Source: Thermoguttaceae bacterium
GTDB taxonomy: Bacteria > Planctomycetota > Planctomycetia > Pirellulales > Thermoguttaceae
Assembly (NCBI GenBank): GCA_040772845.1
Contig: JAXGXG010000001.1
Coordinates: forward strand, 1,470,211 to 1,534,210
DNA: 64,000 nucleotides
Direction of reading: 5' to 3'
Part shown: in pieces, positions 59,947 through 64,000 of the stretch
How positions within the stretch are numbered: the stretch's first letter is position 1
How the letters are laid out: each line of letters begins with the position of its first letter
Program-made: the position numbers and the translations under genes
The notes under the pieces: generated by a model
Told to the model about the DNA's origin: nothing
What the model saw: the letters and a program-made list of their open reading frames with translations, nothing else
The model's database searches: none

Positions 59947-61467
59947 ATGAAACGTGTCCCGCCGAGTTGCGTGTTAGCGCCGCTGGTTCTCCTGTCCGCA
60001 GGCGTGTTGCCCGAAACGATTCGGGGCGCCGAGGACGAAGCTCTGTGCCGCCAGGCTGCAACCGCTTTGCGCAAAGCGGTTACGTTCTTCAACGACAAGG
60101 TATCGACCGAAGGCGGCTACCTGTGGCAGTACAGCGAGGACCTTGCATTGCGGGAAGGCGAGGGACGGGCGGATGAGACGTCGGTGTGGGTTCAGCCGCC
60201 CGGTACACCGTCGGTTGGGCAGGCGTTGTTGGATGCCTACGACGGAACGGGCGAGAGCATCTATCTGGAAGCTGCCCGCCGGACCGGAATGTGCCTGGTG
60301 CAAGGCCAGCTTGTTTCGGGCGGCTGGGGCTACTCGATCCATTTCGATCCGGACGTGCGCAAGCGCCACGCGTATCGAGTTGACTTGGCCGACGGCGCAA
60401 CGCCGCAAGGTTCCAATGTAACCACGCTGGACGACGACACGACGCAGGCCGCCTTGCGTTTCCTGATGAGGCTTGACCGCACCCTGGAGTTTGCCGATCG
60501 GCCGATCCATGACGCGGTTGTGTATGCCCTGGATCACCTTCTCGCGGCCCAGTATCCGAACGGGGCATGGCCGCAACGATTCCGCGAGTCGCCCAATCCG
60601 GAGGACTTTCCCGTCAGAAAGGCCGCCTATCCGGCCTCGTGGGAGCGAGAGCATCCGCGCGCGAGCTATATGGCTTTCTACACGTTGAACGACAATACGC
60701 TGGCCGACATGATCGAGACCATGTTGCTGGCGGCAGCCATTTACGACAATACGGCCTACCGCACGACGGCGGTCTGGGGCGGCGAGTTTCTTATTCTGGC
60801 ACAGATGCCTTCTCCCCAACCTGCATGGGCACAGCAGTACAATGCCGAGATGCATCCGGCGTGGGCGCGTCGGTTCGAACCGCCGTCGGTCACGGGCGGA
60901 GAGTCGCAACGGGCCATGCTTGCCCTGATGACCGTCTATCGCGCGACCGGCGATGTGCGATTCCTGGAGCCGATTCCTCGGGCCATCGCCTATCTGCGGA
61001 AATCGCTTCTGCCCGACGGCCGGCTGGCCCGTTTCTACGAACTCGAAACGAACAAGCCGCTCTACTTCACCAAGGACTACCAGCTTACGTATGACAACGG
61101 CGATATGCCGACCCACTATTCGTTTATTGTGGGGAGCCGGCTCGACGCCATCGCCCGCGAGTACGACCGACTGGCGGCGATGAGTCCGGAGGCGATTGCC
61201 GAACTGCGTGAGAGTCAGTCGCGGCAGAAGTCTGTCGCAAGCTTCAAAGACACCGCCACACCGACGAAGAACCAGATTCGGGCGGCCGAAAAGGCCATTG
61301 CGGCGCTCGATCCCCATGGACGCTGGGTCGAGTCGGGAACCTTGCGGCGCCACGATACTCCCCAGAACCATCGCGTGATTCGCACGTCCACGTTCATCGG
61401 GAACGTGCGCGCCCTGGCGGCCTACCTGGCAACCTGCCCCAAATCGGACCAGAAGCCGGTGAAGTGA
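59947..61467 (+). CDS. Secreted six-hairpin (alpha/alpha toroid) protein, pectic-acid-lyase (PL10)-like / prenyltransferase-like repeats
   Basis: Signal peptide MKRVPPSCVLAPLVLLSAGV; repeated Q/GxxxGGW-type motifs (VSGGWGY, YPNGAWPQ). The family call is tentative. Confidence 0.5.
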   Translation: MKRVPPSCVLAPLVLLSAGVLPETIRGAEDEALCRQAATALRKAVTFFNDKVSTEGGYLWQYSEDLALREGEGRADETSVWVQPPGTPSVGQALLDAYDGTGESIYLEAARRTGMCLVQGQLVSGGWGYSIHFDPDVRKRHAYRVDLADGATPQGSNVTTLDDDTTQAALRFLMRLDRTLEFADRPIHDAVVYALDHLLAAQYPNGAWPQRFRESPNPEDFPVRKAAYPASWEREHPRASYMAFYTLNDNTLADMIETMLLAAAIYDNTAYRTTAVWGGEFLILAQMPSPQPAWAQQYNAEMHPAWARRFEPPSVTGGESQRAMLALMTVYRATGDVRFLEPIPRAIAYLRKSLLPDGRLARFYELETNKPLYFTKDYQLTYDNGDMPTHYSFIVGSRLDAIAREYDRLAAMSPEAIAELRESQSRQKSVASFKDTATPTKNQIRAAEKAIAALDPHGRWVESGTLRRHDTPQNHRVIRTSTFIGNVRALAAYLATCPKSDQKPVK

Positions 61468-61491
61468 TTTAGGAGATGTCTGCCCGGTCTG

Positions 61492-62673
61492 TTACGGTTC
61501 GCCTTCCGGCTTGAAGAGAATCCTGGCGCAATAGGCCGGTCCGCCGCCTGCAACGGTAACCCAGGTCTCGTTTTCGGTGATGGCCGTGGCGTCGAAATTG
61601 CCGAAACGCGCCGTGCCCTTCTTCGGGACGAGGATGCGTTCGGTATTGCGGAGCACGCAGAGCCGTTCGGGATCGACCTGGGCCATGACCAGAGGGGCGC
61701 GGTGGCGGGCGATTTCATCGTTATCGAGACCGCGACGCGTGTAGACCAGAAACAGGGCATCGCGGTGGGCCGCCCATTTCTGCTGGGTGTTGTAGCTGCC
61801 CAGTTCGGTCCCATCGTCGAAGGTCCAGGGCCGCGCCGGATCGAAGGCGAGCCCGTCGCTTCCGGAGCTCACATAACCGCGGAGGTCGTTCCGCATGGTA
61901 AGGAAATAGCGATCCTGGTGTTTGACGATGGACGTTTCGTACAGGCCGCGGCGATCGGCAATGGTCAATGCCGGCCCCCGTTCGATCGACGACAGCGTTT
62001 CGCCGTCGAACCGGCATCGCAGGACGAGGCAGCGGCAATTCCACGGTTCGCCCTTTCCCACAGCGTAGACGGGCAACAGGATACTCCCGTCCGGTTCCAC
62101 GAGCCACTGTCCGTGCGCGCCGTTGTGAAAGAATGCATCGGCATCGGACGGCGGGAACTGGAGAACACGCCAGGGCGACCATGCGTCGGTTGCCGGATCG
62201 TACACGGCATAGGCAACGTCGCGACGGTATCCAAACCCGGCAAACCCCTTCTTCGTATAGCGCACCGTATGGCCGATACCCAACACACGCTGCGACGGTG
62301 CATGCCAGCCGAGCTGGAAGTCGCAAACACCGATCTTGACGACCGGCGCACCATCCTCGACGTCGCGCCAAGCCAATGCCGGCGCCGCCTGCGGCTCCGA
62401 CCACGTCTTCCCCAAATCGAACGTCCGCATCGAAGACAGGCCGGTGAAGTAGTCGGAGCCGAGAATCTGCATGGCCACCATAACCACGGCAGGCTTGCCG
62501 TCTCGCGTCAATGCCGGAATGGGTGCAGGCCGGGGCTGGAACCAATGGCCCCCTTCTTTCGCCGTGAGAACTGTTTCCAGTCGAATCTCGTAATCGACCG
62601 TTTCCGCGAGGATGTCATGGGCCATCGCCACAAGGCTGATGGCAGCGAACAGCAGGAAACATCTTCTTGTCAT
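61492..62673 (-). CDS. BNR/sialidase-like beta-propeller glycoside hydrolase (exo-alpha-sialidase-like), secreted
   Basis: MTRRCFLLFAAISLVAMA signal; ..RTFDLGKTWSEP.. (BNR SxDxGxTW) and propeller-like repeats. The upstream 20 codons of the track ORF are probably not translated. Confidence 0.6.
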   Translation of the reverse strand: MTRRCFLLFAAISLVAMAHDILAETVDYEIRLETVLTAKEGGHWFQPRPAPIPALTRDGKPAVVMVAMQILGSDYFTGLSSMRTFDLGKTWSEPQAAPALAWRDVEDGAPVVKIGVCDFQLGWHAPSQRVLGIGHTVRYTKKGFAGFGYRRDVAYAVYDPATDAWSPWRVLQFPPSDADAFFHNGAHGQWLVEPDGSILLPVYAVGKGEPWNCRCLVLRCRFDGETLSSIERGPALTIADRRGLYETSIVKHQDRYFLTMRNDLRGYVSSGSDGLAFDPARPWTFDDGTELGSYNTQQKWAAHRDALFLVYTRRGLDNDEIARHRAPLVMAQVDPERLCVLRNTERILVPKKGTARFGNFDATAITENETWVTVAGGGPAYCARILFKPEGEP

Positions 62674-62707
62674 GAGTCTTCTCCTCGTAGTCACAGTAGC
62701 GGTGTTG

Positions 62708-63691
62708 TCAGTCGGAAGGGGTGGCCGCGCCAATCGCGTGGTTCAAGGGGTTGCGGGGGACGTTACCGTCGAGTACGGCGACGACGTTACCGATGCACCA
62801 CTCAAGCGCGATCTGTTGCGATTCGGCCACCGCGCCTCCGATATGCGGCGTGAGGACGACGTTCTCCATGGCGCGCAGCTCTCCGGAGACGTTCGGTTCA
62901 GCCTCGAAGACGTCGAGCGCCGCGCCGGCCAGTCGCCCGGTGCGAAGCGCCTCGATCAGCGCTGCCTCATCAACGACACGACCGCGCGAGACATTCACCA
63001 GCAGGGCGCCCGGCTTCATCTGCGCCAACCGTTCCGCATTGATCAGCCGGTCCGTACCTGCATTGAGCGGAACGTGAAGGCTCACAACGTCGGCTTCGGC
63101 AAGCAGTTGATCCAGCGTTCGACACGCGGGTGAATCGTCACAAGTGGCTCGACAACAATGAATCACGCGCATTCCAAAGCCGACGGCTCGTTCGGCCACA
63201 GCCCGGCCAATTCGCCCATAGCCGACGATGCCCAACGTCTTGCCGCGGAGCAGCATGCCGCCGGTGACCGCCATGCGATCGGCCGTGTCGGGCCAGACTC
63301 CGGCGCGCACAAGGGCATCGGCGCGGACAATCTTCCGGGACGCGGCCAGCAGTAACCCGAAGGCCAGATCGGCCGTGCAATCGGCAAAGGCATCCGGGGC
63401 GTTGGTGGCCCACACGCCTGCCTCGGCCATCCGGGCAAGATCGAGATTCTCGAACCCTGCACATGCATTCGCCACAATGCGAAGGCGGGGCGCGGCCGCC
63501 AGCAGTGCGGCATCGACATGCACGTCCGACCAGTTGATCACGGCCGCCAGTTCCCGAGCGTGTTCGAGCAGTCCGGAACGCGATATGCAGTGTGCCGGGT
63601 CGGGCGGAATGATCAGGTTCGCGCGCGATGTGATGGCATCGAACGGGACATCGACCACTCGATTGGTGACAACGACTGTGAACTGGGCCAT
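62708..63691 (-). CDS. D-isomer-specific 2-hydroxyacid dehydrogenase (NAD-binding)
   Basis: GKTLGIVGYGRIGRAVA (GxGxxG), ..VSLHVPL.., ..NVSRG..VDE.., ..TPHIGG.. catalytic His. Start at MAQFTVVV; the track's GTG start at 63907 would overlap the upstream gene. Confidence 0.85.
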   Translation of the reverse strand: MAQFTVVVTNRVVDVPFDAITSRANLIIPPDPAHCISRSGLLEHARELAAVINWSDVHVDAALLAAAPRLRIVANACAGFENLDLARMAEAGVWATNAPDAFADCTADLAFGLLLAASRKIVRADALVRAGVWPDTADRMAVTGGMLLRGKTLGIVGYGRIGRAVAERAVGFGMRVIHCCRATCDDSPACRTLDQLLAEADVVSLHVPLNAGTDRLINAERLAQMKPGALLVNVSRGRVVDEAALIEALRTGRLAGAALDVFEAEPNVSGELRAMENVVLTPHIGGAVAESQQIALEWCIGNVVAVLDGNVPRNPLNHAIGAATPSD

Positions 63692-63723
63692 TTCGCGGTC
63701 TTCCGCAGCTTTCTGATGAACCG

Positions 63724-64000
63724 TTACGGCTTCGCGCCGTCCAGCGACGCCTTGGGACACCATACCACGGCGCCCATATGGTAGCCGTCGTGGCCTTCGA
63801 TCTTGCGGGCGTAGTACGCGGTAAGGACTTGGCCATCGGGCAATTGCACGCTGCTCGGGTAGCCGCCGTCTCCCTGCCAATCGAGCACGCGAACCGGGCC
63901 GCTCCACGTATGCCCTTCATCGCAACTGACGAGTATATCGACGCCGTTGCCCGTTCGGTTGGGATTGCCGTCGCCGGCCCGATTGCCGTAGGCACAGATC
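63724..64000 (-). CDS. C-terminal fragment of a BNR-repeat/sialidase-like protein (gene starts beyond the window end)
   Basis: Reverse-strand frame gives ..GNGVDILVSCDEGHTWSGPVRVLDWQGDGGYPSSVQLPDGQVLTAYYARKIEGHDGYHMGAVVWCPKASLDGAKP-stop. Contains the BNR motif SxDxGxTW. Not in the ORF track. Confidence 0.5.
   Translation of the reverse strand, partial: ICAYGNRAGDGNPNRTGNGVDILVSCDEGHTWSGPVRVLDWQGDGGYPSSVQLPDGQVLTAYYARKIEGHDGYHMGAVVWCPKASLDGAKP

Overview
High-GC (roughly 60-65%) chromosomal segment that looks like a Planctomycetota (Pirellulales-like) genome. Support: two DUF1559 prepilin-type N-terminal genes, many Tat/Sec-exported oxidoreductases and glycoside hydrolases, PEP-CTERM proteins, and tRNA without an encoded CCA. 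Housekeeping backbone: recA, an HtrA/DegP protease, alaS, rpmF-fabD-fabG-acpP-fabF, an NSS transporter, katG and tRNA-Val(TAC). Between these lie accessory features. (1) A cluster of twin-arginine-signal enzymes that looks like a periplasmic glycoside oxidation/transamination pathway: Gfo/Idh/MocA oxidoreductase, two paralogous DegT/DnrJ/EryC1 PLP aminotransferases, a xylose-isomerase-like TIM barrel, a metallophosphoesterase, with a GH2 enzyme and a DUF1080 hydrolase nearby. (2) A degraded mobile/defence islet: tyrosine-recombinase remnant, direct 9-mer repeats, an orphan gamma-class N6-adenine methyltransferase, a 5'-truncated DUF4058 gene, and two Phd/YefM-like small ORFs. (3) A PEP-CTERM LamG gene frameshifted by a clean 16-bp tandem duplication, and a second PEP-CTERM subtilase. 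(4) A ~215-bp heptanucleotide microsatellite (TTGGRAG)n with canonical G-quadruplex motifs, and a short (CAAATCA)n tract in a promoter region. (5) A ~600-bp non-coding element with 25-bp terminal inverted repeats and nested palindromes (MITE-like or structured RNA). Many long antisense ORFs in the six-frame track are high-GC artefacts. Coordinates come from ORF-track arithmetic and may be off by a base or two for small non-coding features.
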